Below, piece by piece: positions 20,183-33,660 of a stretch of DNA of 64,000 bases. Made by a program: the position numbers and the translations under genes. Within the stretch, counting starts at the first letter, position 1. Each line of letters starts with the position of its first letter. A model generated the notes under the pieces. The model worked only from the letters and a program-made list of their open reading frames with translations. It was not told where the DNA came from and did not search any database. Location of the stretch: NCBI GenBank assembly GCA_002269645.1, contig NIVC01001691.1, positions 1 to 64,000 of the forward strand. The letters run 5' to 3'. The DNA is from Macrostomum lignano. Taxonomy: Eukaryota.

Positions 20183-20363
20183 AAAAAGAAACGGCCGCGA
20201 GGGAGCAGCGCCGCATGCCGCCGGTGGACTCAGCCAGCCAGGTGACCCTGCGTCGTCGCGTCGTCCAAGAAAAATTGGCCGCTTTTGTCGGCGCCGCCGC
20301 TGTTAAACTCGACGGCTTAAATTGCATCGCGGACGATCTCAGGCAGCTTGTTGACACGTTCAA
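20183..20363 (+). CDS. RPAP2: RPAP2 exon 4
   Basis: MPPVDSASQVTLRRRVVQEKL resembles the RPAP2 C-terminal LPxVDSxSQxxIRxRIVxEKL motif; TTTTAG acceptor, AA|GTGCGT donor. Confidence 0.8.
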
Positions 20364-20465
20364 GTGCGTGCTTTTAATTGTGTCCTCGCTGAGTGTGTTT
20401 AACTCCAGCGCTGTTTTAATAAGTGTATAAGCTCAGTCCGATCTGTTTGAACAATTCCTTCACAG

Positions 20466-20534
20466 GCTGACAAGCGGCAACATTGCTTTGGCCACGCCTG
20501 TGTGGGAGATCCTTGGCTGGCTCGTACTCATGCT
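20466..20534 (+). CDS. RPAP2: RPAP2 exon 5 (terminal exon unresolved)
   Basis: (F)KLTSGNIALATPVWEILGWLVLM resembles FRLTxxNIxxxxxEW; CACAG acceptor, GTGAGT donor. Confidence 0.75.
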
Positions 20535-20862
20535 GTGAGTAGCTTAAATAGCTCGATATACAAGTGGGCTAGCGAGAGGGCACCTGGCCTCTCTATCCAT
20601 CTGTTTTTAATAAATATCTCACTTCTCTGAACTTCTTCAAGCTCTCTTAGCCTCAAACCGAATAGCTCGGAAGGCACCTGTGCTCTCTTTGCGGCCACTT
20701 GTTGCTCGTTTAATTTCATACTTGAGCTGGCGGCACTGCTGGGATCGGAGGGATTCTTCAGCTATTGAGAATTGCATTGCGCAATCTGATCACGGCTTGC
20801 TGTTGCTGCTTTTTGGAGTCCTAAATCTTTCTCAATCTGTGTTTTGTTTTGCTTGCTGTTGC

Positions 20863-21285
20863 CCCAGATCCTCAGTTGCTGGACCAGCCTCCCAGATCCT
20901 CAGTTGCTGGACCAGCCTCCCAGATCCTCAGTTGCTGGACCAGCCTCCCAGATCCTCAGTTGCTGGACCAGCCTCCCAGATCCTCAGTTGCTGGACCAGC
21001 CTCCCAGATCCTCAGTTGCTGGACCAGCCTCCCAGATCCTCAGTTGCTGGACCAGCCTCCCAGATCCTCAGTTGCTGGACCAGCCTCCCAGATCCTCAGT
21101 TGCTGGACCAGCCTCCCAGATCCTCAGTTGCTGGACCAGCCTCCCAGATCCTCAGTTGCTGATCCAGCCTCGCAGATCCTCAATTGCTGGACCAGCCTCC
21201 CAGATCCTCAGTTGCTGATCCAGCCTCCCAGATCCTCAGTTGCTGGGCCAGCCTCCCAGATCCTCAGTTGCAGGACCAGCCTCTT
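20863..21285. repeat. 28-bp minisatellite (CCCAGATCCTCAGTTGCTGGACCAGCCT)
   Basis: About 15 near-identical units. Confidence 0.9.
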
Positions 21286-22464
21286 AAATCTTCATCCTGG
21301 TCCATACCATGCACTTAGTCTGAGCCAAACCAAGCCAACCATTCAATAATTGAATTCTCAGCTCATCTATGAAACTGTTATGCTATTCTCCGAATTAAGA
21401 ATCCAGCTATAATATCGTATCCCTGCGGCTTCCTCTATATCAACCAGGTGCAAGATCTACTCGAGGCGCTGCTCAGTGTAGCAAGAGTTAACAGTTGTGC
21501 ACTACCTGGCCCAGTGTCAAAAAAACTGTTAACATTCGGGGTAAATACAAATGCTCGTGCTCAACTAGCTGAGCACAGGGAAAGTGTGAGAAAAGCTCTG
21601 TTAAAAACCTGAAATTAGAAGAGTCTGTTTATGAAGACAAACACCCGCCCGAAGTAGGGAGGCTCAGGCTCTACCGTTTTCCTCTCTTTTTTCAATCTAT
21701 TCTCAAGCTCAATACCGCAGTCACAGCCCCCCCCCTGGGTCAACATGAGTTATTCTTCTAACTTCTCATTCGTGTCGGCCTGCTATTTACCCTGGCAGGC
21801 CTTCGAGGCGGGGAGTGGGGGGTTGGTTGGGTGTGCAGTTAAAGGTGTCAATGCTGTCTTGTTAACTTATCCCAACAGTTCACTTAAACCTATAATAGTA
21901 TTGTGCGTGTGTTTGTGTTGCTCAATTCATATGTGTATATTCTTTAGTCTAAGCGGCAGATCTGAAAGAATTGCTTGGATATGTGCTTTCCTGTTCCAAA
22001 ATCGAGTGAGAACATTTTCCCTTAATTTCTCATTCTTCCCAAAAGCTAGAAGGGCCCGATTGTGTCAAGTGGGAAGAAAGTGAGATCTTCTATTGGCGCA
22101 ATCGCACCTGCTTTCGCTTTCAGTCTGGCAGCTTTGCCCCTCTACTGTATGTTTGATTAGAAGAGGGGCTGGGCTGTCTGGCACACGCAATAATAGTGTA
22201 CCTTGAGCGCGTGTCCCTGCTATGACGCTGTGCGCGTGTTCAAGATGTGTTTGAGCTGGCACCTGGGCCTATCTATATACTCACATGCTGTAATATCTTG
22301 TTCTGTTCCGCTGAAGGAGTTTGCGTTCAGTCTCAATACTGGACATTTGATAGGCCTGATGGCGCGTGGATTCTTGCTTCTTTATCTTTTGCATTATACT
22401 TTTCGTTACTTTTCTTTTTACTGATAAGTACAAATTGTTTTATTCGAAACATTTTATTATGTCC

Positions 22465-25400
22465 CTTAGTCCTCAGACCCCAGTCCTTCAGTCCTTCAGT
22501 TCTCAGTCCTTCAGACCTCAGTCCTTCAGTCATTTAGTCCTCTGTCATTCAGACCCCAGTCCTTCAGTCCTCAGTCCTTCAGTCATTCAGTCCTCAGTCC
22601 TTCAGTCATTCAGTCCTCTGTCCTTCAGACCCCAGTCCTTCAGTCCTCAGTCATTCAGTCCTTCAGTCCTCAGTCCTTCAGACCCCAGTCTTTCAGTCCC
22701 CAGTCCTTCAATCCCCATTCCCCATTCCTTCAGCCCCCAGTCCCCATTCCTTCAGTCCCCAGTCCCCATTCTTTCAGTCTCCAGTCCCCATTCCTTCACT
22801 CCCCAGTCCCCAGTCCTTCAGTCCCCAGTCCCCAGTCCTTCAGTCCCCAGTCCCCATTCCTTCAGTCCCCAGTCCCCATTCCTTCAGTCTCCAGTCCCCA
22901 TTCCTTCAGTCCCCAGTCCCCAGTCCTTCAGTCCCCAGTCCTTCAATCCCCAGTCCCCATTCCTTCAGTCCCCAGTCCCCATTCCTTCAGTCTCCAGTCC
23001 CCAGTCCTTCAATCCCCAGTCCCCATTCCTTCAGTCTCCAGTCCCCATTCCTTCAGTCCCCAGTCCCCAGTCCTTCAGTCCCCAGTCCCCATTCCTTCAG
23101 TCCCCAGTCCCCATTCCTTCAGTCTCCAGTCCCCATTCCTTCAGTCCCCAGTCCCCAGTCCTTCAGTCCCCAGTCCTTCAATCCCCAGTCCCCATTCCTT
23201 CAGTCTCCAGTCCCCATTCCTTCAGTCTCCAGTCCCCATTCCTTCAGTCCCCAGTCCCCAGTCCTTCAGTCCCCAGTCCCCATTCCTTCAGTCCCCAGTC
23301 CTTCAGTCCTTCAGTCCCCAGTCCTTCAGTCCCCAGTCCCCATTCCTTCAGTCCCCAGTCCCCATTCCTTCAGTCTCCAGTCCCCATTCCTTCAGTCCCC
23401 AGTCCCCAGTCCTTCAGTCCCCAGTCCCCATTCCTTCAGTCCCCAGTCCTTCAGTCCTTCAGTCCCCAGTCCCCATTCCTTCAGTCCCCAGTCCTTCAGT
23501 CCTTCAGTCCCCAGTCCCCATTCCTTCAGTCCCCAGTCCCCAGTCCTTCAGTCCTTCACTCCCCAGTCCTTCAGTCCTTCAGTCCCCAGTCCCCATTCCT
23601 TCAGTCCCCAGTCCTTCAGTCCTTCAGTCCCCAGTCCTTCAGTCCTTCAGTCCCCAGTCCTTCAGTCCTTCAGTCCCCAGTCCCCAGTCCTTCAGTCCTT
23701 CAGTCCCCAGTCCCCATTCCTTCAGTCCCCAGTCCCCAGTCCTTCAGTCCTTCACTCCCCAGTCCTTCAGTCCTTCAGTCCCCAGTCCCCATTCCTTCAG
23801 TCCCCAGTCCTTCAGTCCTTCAGTCCCCAGTCCTTCAGTCCTTCAGTCCCCAGTCCTTCAGTCCTTCAGTCCCCAGTCCCCAGTCCTTCAGTCCTTCAGT
23901 CCCCAGTCCCCATTCCTTCAGTCCCCAGTCCCCAGTCCTTCAGTCCTTCACTCCCCAGTCCTTCAGTCCTTCAGTCCCCAGTCCCCATTCCTTCAGTCCC
24001 CAGTCCCCATTCCTTCAGTCCCCAGTCCCCATTCCTTCAGTCTCCAGTCCCCATTCCTTCAGTCCCCAGTCCCCAGTCCTTCAGTCCCCAGTCCTTCAAT
24101 CCCCAGTCCCCATTCCTTCAGTCCCCAGTCCCCATTCCTTCAGTCTCCAGTCCCCATTCCTTCAGTCCCCAGTCCCCAGTCCTTCAGTCCCCAGTCCCCA
24201 TTCCTTCAGTCCCCAGTCCTTCAGTCCTTCAGTCCCCAGTCCTTCAGTCCCCAGTCCCCATTCCTTCAGTCCCCAGTCCCCATTCCTTCAGTCTCCAGTC
24301 CCCATTCCTTCAGTCCCCAGTCCCCAGTCCTTCAGTCCCCAGTCCCCATTCCTTCAGTCCCCAGTCCTTCAGTCCTTCAGTCCCCAGTCCCCATTCCTTC
24401 AGTCCCCAGTCCCCAGTCCTTCAGTCCTTCACTCCCCAGTCCTTCAGTCCTTCAGTCCCCAGTCCCCATTCCTTCAGTCCCCAGTCCTTCAGTCCTTCAG
24501 TCCCCAGTCCTTCAGTCCTTCAGTCCCCAGTCCCCAGTCCTTCAGTCCTTCAGTCCCCAGTCCTTCAGTCCTTCAGTCCCCAGTCCCCATTCCTTCAGTC
24601 CCCAGTCCCCAGTCCTTCAGTCCTTCAGTCCCCAGTCCTTCAGTCCTTCAGTCCCCAGTCCCCATTCCTTCAGTCCCCAGTCCTTCAGTCCTTCAGTCCC
24701 CAGTCCTTCAGTCCTTCAGTCCCCAGTCCCCAGTCCTTCAGTCCTTCAGTCCCCAGTCCTTCAGTCCTTCAGTCCCCAGTCCCCATTCCTTCAGTCCCCA
24801 GTCCTTCAGTCCTTCAGTCCCCAGTCCTTCAGTCCTTCAGTCCCCAGTCCCCATTCCTTCAGTCCCCAGTCCCCAGTCCTTCAGTCCTTCACTCCCCAGT
24901 CCTTCAGTCCTTCAGTCCCCAGTCCTTCAGTCCTTCAGTCCCCAGTCCTTCAGTCCTTCAGTCCTTCAGTCCCCAGTCCCCAGTCCTTCAGTCCTTCAGT
25001 CCCCAGTCCTTCAGTCCCCAGTCCCCAGTCCTTCAGTCCTTCACTCCCCAGTCCTTCAGTCCTTCAGTCCCCAGTCCCCATTCCTTCAGTCCCCAGTCCT
25101 TCAGTCCCCAGTCCCCATTCCTTCAGTCCCCAGTCCTTCAGTCCTTCAGTCCCCATTCCTTCAGTCCCCATTCCTTCAGTCCCCAGTCCTTCAGTCCCCA
25201 GTCCTTCAGTCCTTCAGTCCCCAGTCCCCATTCCTTCAGTACCCAGTCCTTCAGTCCCCAGTCCCCATTCCTTCAGTCCCCAGTCCTTCAGTCCTTCAGT
25301 CCCCAGTCCTTCAGTCCCCATTCCTTCAGTCCCCAGTCCTTCAGTCCCCAGTCCTTCAGTCCCCAGTCCTTCAGTCCCCAGTCCTTCAGTCCCCAGTCCT

Positions 25401-25770
25401 TCAGTCCCCAGTCCTTCAGTCCCCAGTCCTTCAGTCCCCAGTCCTTCAGTCCCCAGTCCTTCAGTCCCCAGTCCCCATTCCTTCAGTCTCCAGTCCCCAT
25501 TCCTTCACTCCCCAGTCCCCAGTCCTTCAGTCCCCAGTCCTTCAGTCCCCAGTCCTTCAGTCCCCAGTCCTTCAGTCCCCAGTCCTTCAGTCCCCAGTCC
25601 TTCAGTCCCCAGTCCTTCAGTCCCCAGTCCTTCAGTCCCCAGTCCTTCAGTCCTTCAGTCCCCAGTCCCCATTCCTTCAGTCCCCAGTCCTTCAGTCCTT
25701 CAGTCCCCAGTCCCCATTCCTTCAGTCCCCAGTCCTTCAGTCCTTCAGTCCCCAGTCCCCAGTCCAGTCT
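22465..25770. repeat. 3.3-kb low-complexity satellite built from CCCCAGT/CCTTCAGT/CCCCATT modules
   Basis: Explains the 1145-aa S/P/V/Q ORF. Confidence 0.95.
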
Positions 25771-27344
25771 GACATTCTTTCAGTCTGCCTGCCAGCCTGT
25801 TAATCTCAGTTTGCAGATTAAGAACATGCAAGACCATTTCGGACAGAGGCCTCTGTTTGCCAACTTTTTTCGTTTAGGATAAATCCCTTTTCTCTGCTCT
25901 ACTTGATTTCGCTTCTTCTTGTAGCAGCAGACGACAGGCTGAAGCAGCGCATATGTTCGCTAGTTTTTTCGCTGAATGAGCAGCCTGTTTGCATTGGGGG
26001 ACAGAGACGGACGGGAGGGCCTCAAAGTCTTCTTTATAATAGTGTAATATTTAGCTGCATGCAATTCCCATAAATAGGGAAGGATATATCACTACTAAGA
26101 CCAATCTGTAAGAGCGCTCAAGTTTGCAAAAAAGGGTCCTTCTGCTTCAGGCCCGACAGACAATCCTGAAGTGTCCCCATATGCTTGCTGTTGACACATT
26201 TTTAAAGCAGTTTTTTTTATATTCCTGCAAGCCTGAGCGATTAGCAAGGTGTTTGCTTTTGCGCTTCTGCCCTTCTGGAGGGAGGGGGGTTGCCATTATC
26301 TTGATTGTTAACCTTGATTTTTTGCAGACAATCAGCTAAGCAGTGCAGCGCGAATCGGAATCTTAAGAGGTCATTGCGGGACGGGGGAGCATCGCCCTTA
26401 TGCATTGTGCGTGTCCACTTCAGGCAATGCTTCTGCAGATTTTTGCTGCGTCTGTTGCTGCTTTCGCATCTCTTCAAGCCGGATAGAGTGGGAATCGTTT
26501 CTGCTTTTGCTGTTGCTGCGTGTGTTTTGTGAAACAAAAACAAAATCGATCGCGGAACCTCCCGACAGGATCAGGTGCTGCGTCCCCCTCCCCCGATTTC
26601 CTCTCTTGTCCTTGCTTTCTTTCTGCTTCTAGATTCCCAGCAGTTGATTCTCTGATTTCTAATCCTTGTTGCTATTCCTTCTAGAAGCAGCAGCAGCAGC
26701 AGCATCTCCTTGACGGAAGTGAGAAGAGGGGTTAAAAACTAACCTAAGCCGCGCACACAGATTATGCATTGTTAGGAGAAATAGGGGCGGTTTGCGCGTG
26801 TCTCTGTGTATGTGTGTGTGTTTTGCTAGACCAATTTTGAACAAATACGGACCATCAAATCCCGCCTGCAGATGCTTTTTAGCTCCCGATTCCCATCTCC
26901 ATTTCCTGTCTCATTTTTGCCGCTTAGATTCCTAATACCTTTCTCAATCAAATATAAGCTACTGCCTGTATCACCCCGCTTTCCCCTAAAATTCGTTTTG
27001 GAAGGTCCAGGCTTCCTGTGTTGTCTCTATATAAATTTGTATGTGTGTATGTATGCGTGTGTAAGTCTGTCTTTCTCAATCTTTTGCAGGCAAATATGAA
27101 TTCCAGTTCGGTTTAAAACTGTGGAAACGTCTGGGATACGACTGGCCCGCGACTCAAATTTTGGGAGTGTGGGAGGTTTGGGAAATTGAGTCTGATAATT
27201 CTCGGGTGATAATCCTTATTTTCTTCAGAAATGTTTCATCTGCCGGGGTTCTAATGCGGCTTTGCTGTCCTTTGGTTTGCGATTTTATAACTTGGGTGTG
27301 GGAATGGGAGGGCGATGCAGGGAGAGAAATGTATTGATCAGGGG

Positions 27345-27690
27345 GAGATGAAAGGGAGATGGTGAGATGCAGGGCGACAAGGAGAAATGGAGGCATGTAG
27401 AAAGAAAGGGAGAGAGGCAGAGATGCAGGCAGAGTGGAAGAGATGCAGGGAGAGAGGCAGAGATGCAGGGAGAGAGGAAGAGATGCAGGCAGAGTGGAAG
27501 AGATGCAAGGAGAGATGCAGGCAGAATGGAAGAGATGCAAGGAGAGAGGCAGAGATGCAGGCAGAGTGGAAGAGATGCAAGGAGAGAGGCAGAGATGCAG
27601 GCAGAGTGGAAGAGATGCAAGGAGAGAGGAAGAGATGCAGGGAGAGAGGCAGAAATGCAGGGAGAGAGGCAGGGAGAGGTAGAGGCTGAG
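27345..27690. repeat. Purine-rich repeat (AGAGATGCAGG core)
   Basis: Direct inspection. Confidence 0.85.
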
Positions 27691-28574
27691 AAGCCAATCT
27701 CGCTGCCCTGTCAATCATGGGAACTGTCAATATGATCTGGTCATAATTAGTTAAGTTATTTTTCAAGTCGCAATACGAAGCAGAATGATAATTTCATATA
27801 GTTTGTATCAATAGGAATCAATGGCAGCAGGCAGACAAACACAATGGCTGCATGCTCACTCTATTGAGTTGAATTGGCCTTATGCTCAGTTGCTACAGAA
27901 GCCAAGAGCAGTCTGTGTAATATATGCGCCACTGTATATATTAGCCGGGGTTACAAGTCCGCCTTCAAGTGGGTTAGTTTGGTGGTTGCGGATAACTGAA
28001 ACGCCACTTCAATTCTGTAATTCTCCGCTCGAAAACTTATAGAAAAGAGAACAAGAGGGTCTCCTGGCTGCCGTGTTGAAGTATTTTTTATTATTGTTCT
28101 ATCGCCTCCTCCTCGGGTGATCGTGTTGAAGTGTTATCGCTTGAAAGTGTCGCTAAGGCCTTCCGGGACTGACTGCCGGCGTCTCATCAACCAGATGGCA
28201 TGGACCGGCGTCTTTTAGAGCTCTTCAGGGTATCTTGCTGCAGCGTCTGCTGTCTAGCTGTGTGTGTGTGTCTGCGCTTATTTCTGATTTTTCACCTAAC
28301 CTAATAAAACCCACACCTTGACATCCCAGATGGGACGCCTGTTATGTGATTCGATAGCTACTGTATCCATTAAAATAGCCTAAATGCCTGCTTGAATATT
28401 GATAGTAGAAGTCTTAGAAGTCTTCTCGTTATGTTGTCGAAGCCTACTCGTATATATACTCGTAACTATACATGCAATAGAACGACACTTTCGGCACCTG
28501 TGTTCAAGGCGCTGTGTCTGCCTGTAGAACCATGAAAAAATTGCCGAGACGTTTGCGGCTGCAAATGAGAATGG

Positions 28575-29180
28575 ACAGCTGAGGGGGAGAGGGAGAGGCT
28601 GAGAGGGAAAAGGAGAGGCTGAGATGGAAAAGGAGAGGCTGAGAAGGAAAAGGAGAGGCTGAGAGGGAGAGGCGCTGAGGGAAAGGGAGATTCTGAGAGG
28701 GAGAGGCTGAGAGGGAAAGGGAGAGACTAAGAGGGAGAGGCTGAGGGAAAGGGAGAGGCTAAGAGGGAAAAAAAGATTCTGAGATGGAAAGGGAGAGGCT
28801 GAGAGGGAGAGGCTAAGAGGGAGAGGCTAAGGGAAAGAAAGATTCTGAGATGAAAAGGGAGAGGCTGAGAGGGAAAGGGAGAGGCTGAGATGGAAAGGGA
28901 GAGGCTGAGAGGGAAAGGGAGAGGCTGAGATGAAAAGGGAGAGGCTGAGAGGGAAAGGGAGAGGCTGAGATGGAAAGGGAGAGGCTGAGAGGGAAAGGAA
29001 AAGAGAGAGGCTGAGAGGGAAAGGGAGAAGCTGAGAGAGCGAGAGGGAGAGGCTGAGAGGGAAAGGGAGAGGCTGAGAGAGAGAGAGAGGGAGAGGCTGA
29101 GAGGGAAAGGGAGAGGCGAGAGGGAAAAGGAAAGGGAGAGGCTAAGAGGGAGAGGCTGACAGGGAGGAAGGAGAGGGAAG
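28575..29180. repeat. Purine-rich repeat (GAGAGGCTGAGAGGGAAAGG)
   Basis: Direct inspection. Confidence 0.85.
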
Positions 29181-30049
29181 AGACGCGGGCAGGCGGTCAG
29201 CTACAAAGCCCAAAATCGCCTACAAAAGCATGGCAGCGGTGACAAGAATAAAACGGCCCAAACCGCGCCCGCGTAGTTGGCCTGCGTGACGCAGATCTAT
29301 TTTGCGCCTCCTGGAGGGTCCTCCTTCTAGAAGCAGAAGATTGGAAACGAGTGTTTCAATGGCTATTTACGAGATAAAAACAATTTAGGCCATCGGCCAT
29401 CGAATTTCTTCGGCTCCGATTAGCCCCAGGGAATTCTCTAAAAAAATTTTCCCCCAAATTTATGAGCAACCCTATATGGTTTTTATTATTATTGGCAAGC
29501 TCTAAATAGCAGTAGTCTCAACAAGTGATCTTACAGCAAGATCTAAATCGTATACAATAATGATATTATGCATGATCTAGCTCTTCAAGTCCGCTGGCCT
29601 TGGTGACTCGCCCCAATGTCGATGTCTATTCGAGCCTTCGGGGGGGGACTGGCCAAGGGGTTGGGGTGGCCAGTTGACAGAAGGAAGCAAGGGGTCGCCA
29701 ACCCTTTAGTCTTTATCTGATAATTGGCATCGGGTTTTGCTTGGGAGCTTGCCGAACTCCCATGGGTGGGGCTGTTGGCGCCGGTGCTAAATTAAAGCTG
29801 ATCACCCGACCCAACCACCGCCTACCACCGCCACCAGCGCTTCTGTCTGGCCGTGCTGAGTTTTTATGTCTTATTAAGACGCATTAATATATCAATTCGG
29901 GGCGCTTGTGTATACGAGTATAGCCATAGATTTATAACATCAACTTGCTGCTTGGACATTGTTCACAATTCTTTGTGCGCTGAATGTTGAATGAGGGGAA
30001 ATCGCTTGTTCATCACCAGCTGACAACAAAGCTTTGAGCTGTCTCTATT

Positions 30050-30615
30050 GGCCTGTGTCTTAGTGTCTGCCTGTCTGTTAGTGTCTGCCTGTCTGTTAGT
30101 GTCTGCCTGTCTGTTAGTGTCTGCCTGTCTGTCTGTCTGCGTGTGTCTGTTAGTGTCTGCCTGTCTGTCTGTCTGTGTGTGTCTGTTAGTGTCTGCCTAT
30201 CTGTTAGTGTCTGCCTGTCTGTTAGTGTCTGTCTGTCTGTTAGTGTCTGTCTGTTAGTGTCTGCCTGTCTGTTAGTGTCTGTCTGTCTGTTAGTGTCTGT
30301 CTGTTAGTGTCTGCCTGTCTGTTAGTGTCTGCCTGTCTGTTAGTGTCTGTCTGTCTGTTAGTGTCTGTCTATCTGTTAGTGTCTGCCTGTCTGTTAGTGT
30401 CTGCCTGTCTGTTAGTGTCTGTCTGCCTGTCTGTTAGTGTCTGTCTGTCTGTTAGTATCTGCCTATCTGTTAGTGTCTGCCTGTCTGTTAGTGTCTGTCT
30501 GTCTGTTAGTATCTGCCTATCTGTTAGTGTCTGTCTGCCTGTCTGTTAGTGTCTGTCTGTCTTTTAGTGTCCGTCTGTCTGTGTGTCTGTCTGTCTGTCT
30601 ATCTGTCTGTCTGTC

Positions 30616-30660
<45 letters not shown>

Positions 30661-30675
30661 CTGGTAGTGTCTGTT

Positions 30676-30712
<37 letters not shown>

Positions 30713-30760
30713 GCGTGTCTGTCTGCCTGTTTTTTTGTCTGCCTGTCTGCCTGTCGCACC
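30050..30760. repeat. GTCTGCCTGTCTGTTAGT minisatellite grading into (TCTG)n
   Basis: Direct inspection. Confidence 0.9.
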
Positions 30761-32039
30761 TGCCAGTTATTTCCCTGTCTCCCCATCCAAGCCATTCCTT
30801 TGCGGTCATGTTTTGGTATCTTCCCCAGCTCGTATTCTCAACAGCAGCTGCCCCTGCAGCCCACCCTCAGCTGGCCAGAGTCCAGCTGTCCCAGTGATTT
30901 CCCTTGGCTACATCCATCCTAGCCGGGGGCCGCTTTAATCTGTTTTCGCATTCCTTTTGGCACATCTCCGCTCCCTCGATCCAGTTTAATTAAATGCTGT
31001 CTCTTCCTGTATCTCTGTGTGTCTGTGTGTTTTTTCTGCTTTCCCGAGGAGAGTCTCCAGAAATTGGCGGGAAAGGCAGGAGCTGAAAATCTGGCAACAG
31101 CAGCAGAGCGGCGGATCCGAGAGAAGGTTCTGACGAAGAGGCTGGGGCAGAGAGATTTGAGCCCCAGCAGCATCTGACACTCCCCGGACTCCCCCCCCCA
31201 CCGCCGATCCTCTGGGACTTGCCGGTCGGCCAGTCCCTCTGTCAGGTTTTCACTGATTGAATTAGATGGCGGGACTCCGAGATCGCGAGGTCCCGTCGCC
31301 GGCCGCCAGCTCGCCTGGCCGAGTAGGGGAGAGAGAAATCTGACACTGGCCGGGATCTCCAGTGACTTTCCCCCCCCCCCAGACCGATTGCGCTGCTGCT
31401 GCGGCGGCTGCTGTTTAATGAGGTAATGACGAGTGCAGGAAATGATTTAATTCCGGCGGGGGGTTCATATATTTACACATGCGGGGGCAGACAGGACGGG
31501 ACACAGGCGCTCGGTGGCTGCTGGGGTTCAGTTTGGGGTTGGGGAGGGGACAGAGAGGGTGGCAATTATGTGGCAAACTGCAGCTGCTGATGCTGCTGGC
31601 TCAGCTTCGATTTCTCAATCATTTTGAGCTCATCTGCCCTCTCACCACTGTGTTGCGCTCTGGAGCGCTTAACCAATCTATAATAATCCGAAACCACCAT
31701 CGCGTATTAACTTGTCACCGCACCGACCGGAATCCCGCCGAACGAATTAATTGAGAGCAGCCCCGGGAGTTAAACTGACTGTCTAGTGCTTCTTTTTTGC
31801 ACTTTCTGGTGCCTCTCTTTTTCGCTCTCTGCAGTTTTTGTTGCTTTTATTGTTGCAGACTGCTCAGGCGGAGGAAGGAACTTCGATCGGCGGTGGACGC
31901 TGAAGGCCTGGCAGCTCAGGCTCGGGCCTGCCTTGACCGGCGCGGCAGCTCATTGGCCAGACTGTTGGACGAGACTGACCGGCTGCTGCTTGATGGCGCA
32001 GATTCTTGAGCGTGTTGAGTACTGACTCTGACTTTATCG

Positions 32040-32660
32040 ATATCGACTCCCCACTGTCTACTTCTCTCTCTCCACACTGTCTACTCTCTCCCCCACTGTC
32101 TACTTCTCTCTCCTCACTGTCTAATTCTCTTTCTCCTCCACTGTCTACTTCTCTCTCTCCCCCACTGTCTACTCTCTCCCCCACTGTCTACTTCTCTCTC
32201 CCCACTGTCTAATTCTCTTTCTCCTCCACTGTCTACTTCTCTCTCTCCCCCACTGTCTACTCTCTCCCCCACTGTCTACTTCTCTCCCCGCTGTCTACTC
32301 TCTCCCCGCTGTCTACTCTCTCCCCCTCTGTCTACTCTTCCCCAGAGTCTACTCTCTCTCTCTCTCTCCACTGTCTACTTTTCTCTCCCTACTGTCTACT
32401 TCTTTCCCCCCAGTCTACTTCTCTCCCCCCAGTCTACTTCTCTCTCCCTACTGTCTACTTCTCTCTCCCCTTAGTCTACTTCTCTCTCCCTTCTGTCTAC
32501 TTCTCTCCCCCCAGTCTACTTCTCTCCCCCCAGTCTACTTCTCTCTCCCTACTGTCTACTTCTCTCCCCCCAGTCTACTTCTCTCTCCCTTCTGTCTAAT
32601 TTTCTTCCCACTCTGTCTACTCTCCCTCCCACTGTCTACTTCTCTTCCCCAACTATCTAC
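32040..32660. repeat. Pyrimidine-rich repeat (CTCTCTCCCCCACTGTCTACT)
   Basis: Direct inspection. Confidence 0.85.
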
Positions 32661-33089
32661 TTCTCTAACTCCGCCTAACACGCATCCATTTCTTACCCAA
32701 GGGCATTTTCCTAAATGTTTGTCCGCATTGCCAAAAACAAACTTTTACTTATCTGCATTAAACATTTTTGTAAAGTGATGCTTGCCTTCGAATTCAATAA
32801 ACAATAAAAAATTGTTTATTTGTCATTTGCAAACTTGAATGCTGTTCATTATTATATCTGATATTGCAGCTTTCTAATTTGATTTTTATTACAACAATGG
32901 AATCGTAATGGAGAATGATGACGCGCTTGAAATGTAAAATTGTCGGCGCTTAAAGTGAATGGCAACCGACAGAAGAAAAAGAGGGAGAAAACAGGTTTAG
33001 AGATAATGCAACAAGCAGGACAGACAGAATAGTAAATAAAGGAAATACAGAGTTGAGGAGTGGACATAGAAAACAGTCTCGAATAGGTA

Positions 33090-33660
33090 GAAAATTATTT
33101 GGGGTAGGCATCGAAGTAGTTAAGGTAGACATGGGAGCACCTAGGATAGACATAGAAGTTAGGGTAGATATTGAAGTAGCTAGGGTAGACATAGAAGTAG
33201 TTAGGGTAGACATGGAAGTAATTGGGGTGGATATAGAAGTAGCTAGGGTAGACATGGAAGTAGTTAGAGTAGACATGGGAGCACCTAGGATAGACATGGA
33301 AGTAATTGGGGTAGATATAGAAGTAGCTAGGGTAGACATGGAAGTAGTTAGAGTAGACATGGGAGCACCTAGGATAGACATGGAAGTAATTGGGGTAGAT
33401 ATAGAAGTAGCTAGGGTAGACATGGAAGTAGTTAGAGTAGACATGGGAGCACCTAGGATAGACATGGAAGTAATTGGGGTAGATATAGAAGTAGCTAGGG
33501 TAGACATAGAAGTAGTTAGAGTAGACATGGACGCACCTAGGATAGACATAAGTTAGGGTAGATATTGAAGTAGCTAGTTAGAGTAGACATGGAAGTAGTT
33601 AGGGTAGATATAGAAGTACGAGCTAGCTAGGGTAGACATAAGAGTAGTCAGGGTAGAGAG
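33090..33660. repeat. 21-bp-based minisatellite (GGGTAGACATGGAAGTAGTTA) with higher-order structure
   Basis: Direct inspection; explains ORFs 32950-33549 and 33053-33556. Confidence 0.85.

Noticed and set aside
22366-25803. 1145-aa Ser/Pro/Val/Gln ORF (mucin- or extensin-like)
   Set aside because: It is an open frame through a C/T-rich satellite with 5-8-nt modules, with no splice signals or unique domain.
28074-28323. Possible solo LTR (TGTTGAAG...AATAAA...CTTGACA)
   Set aside because: TIRs are weak, there are two alternative starts, no TSD, and no PBS/PPT or internal coding sequence.
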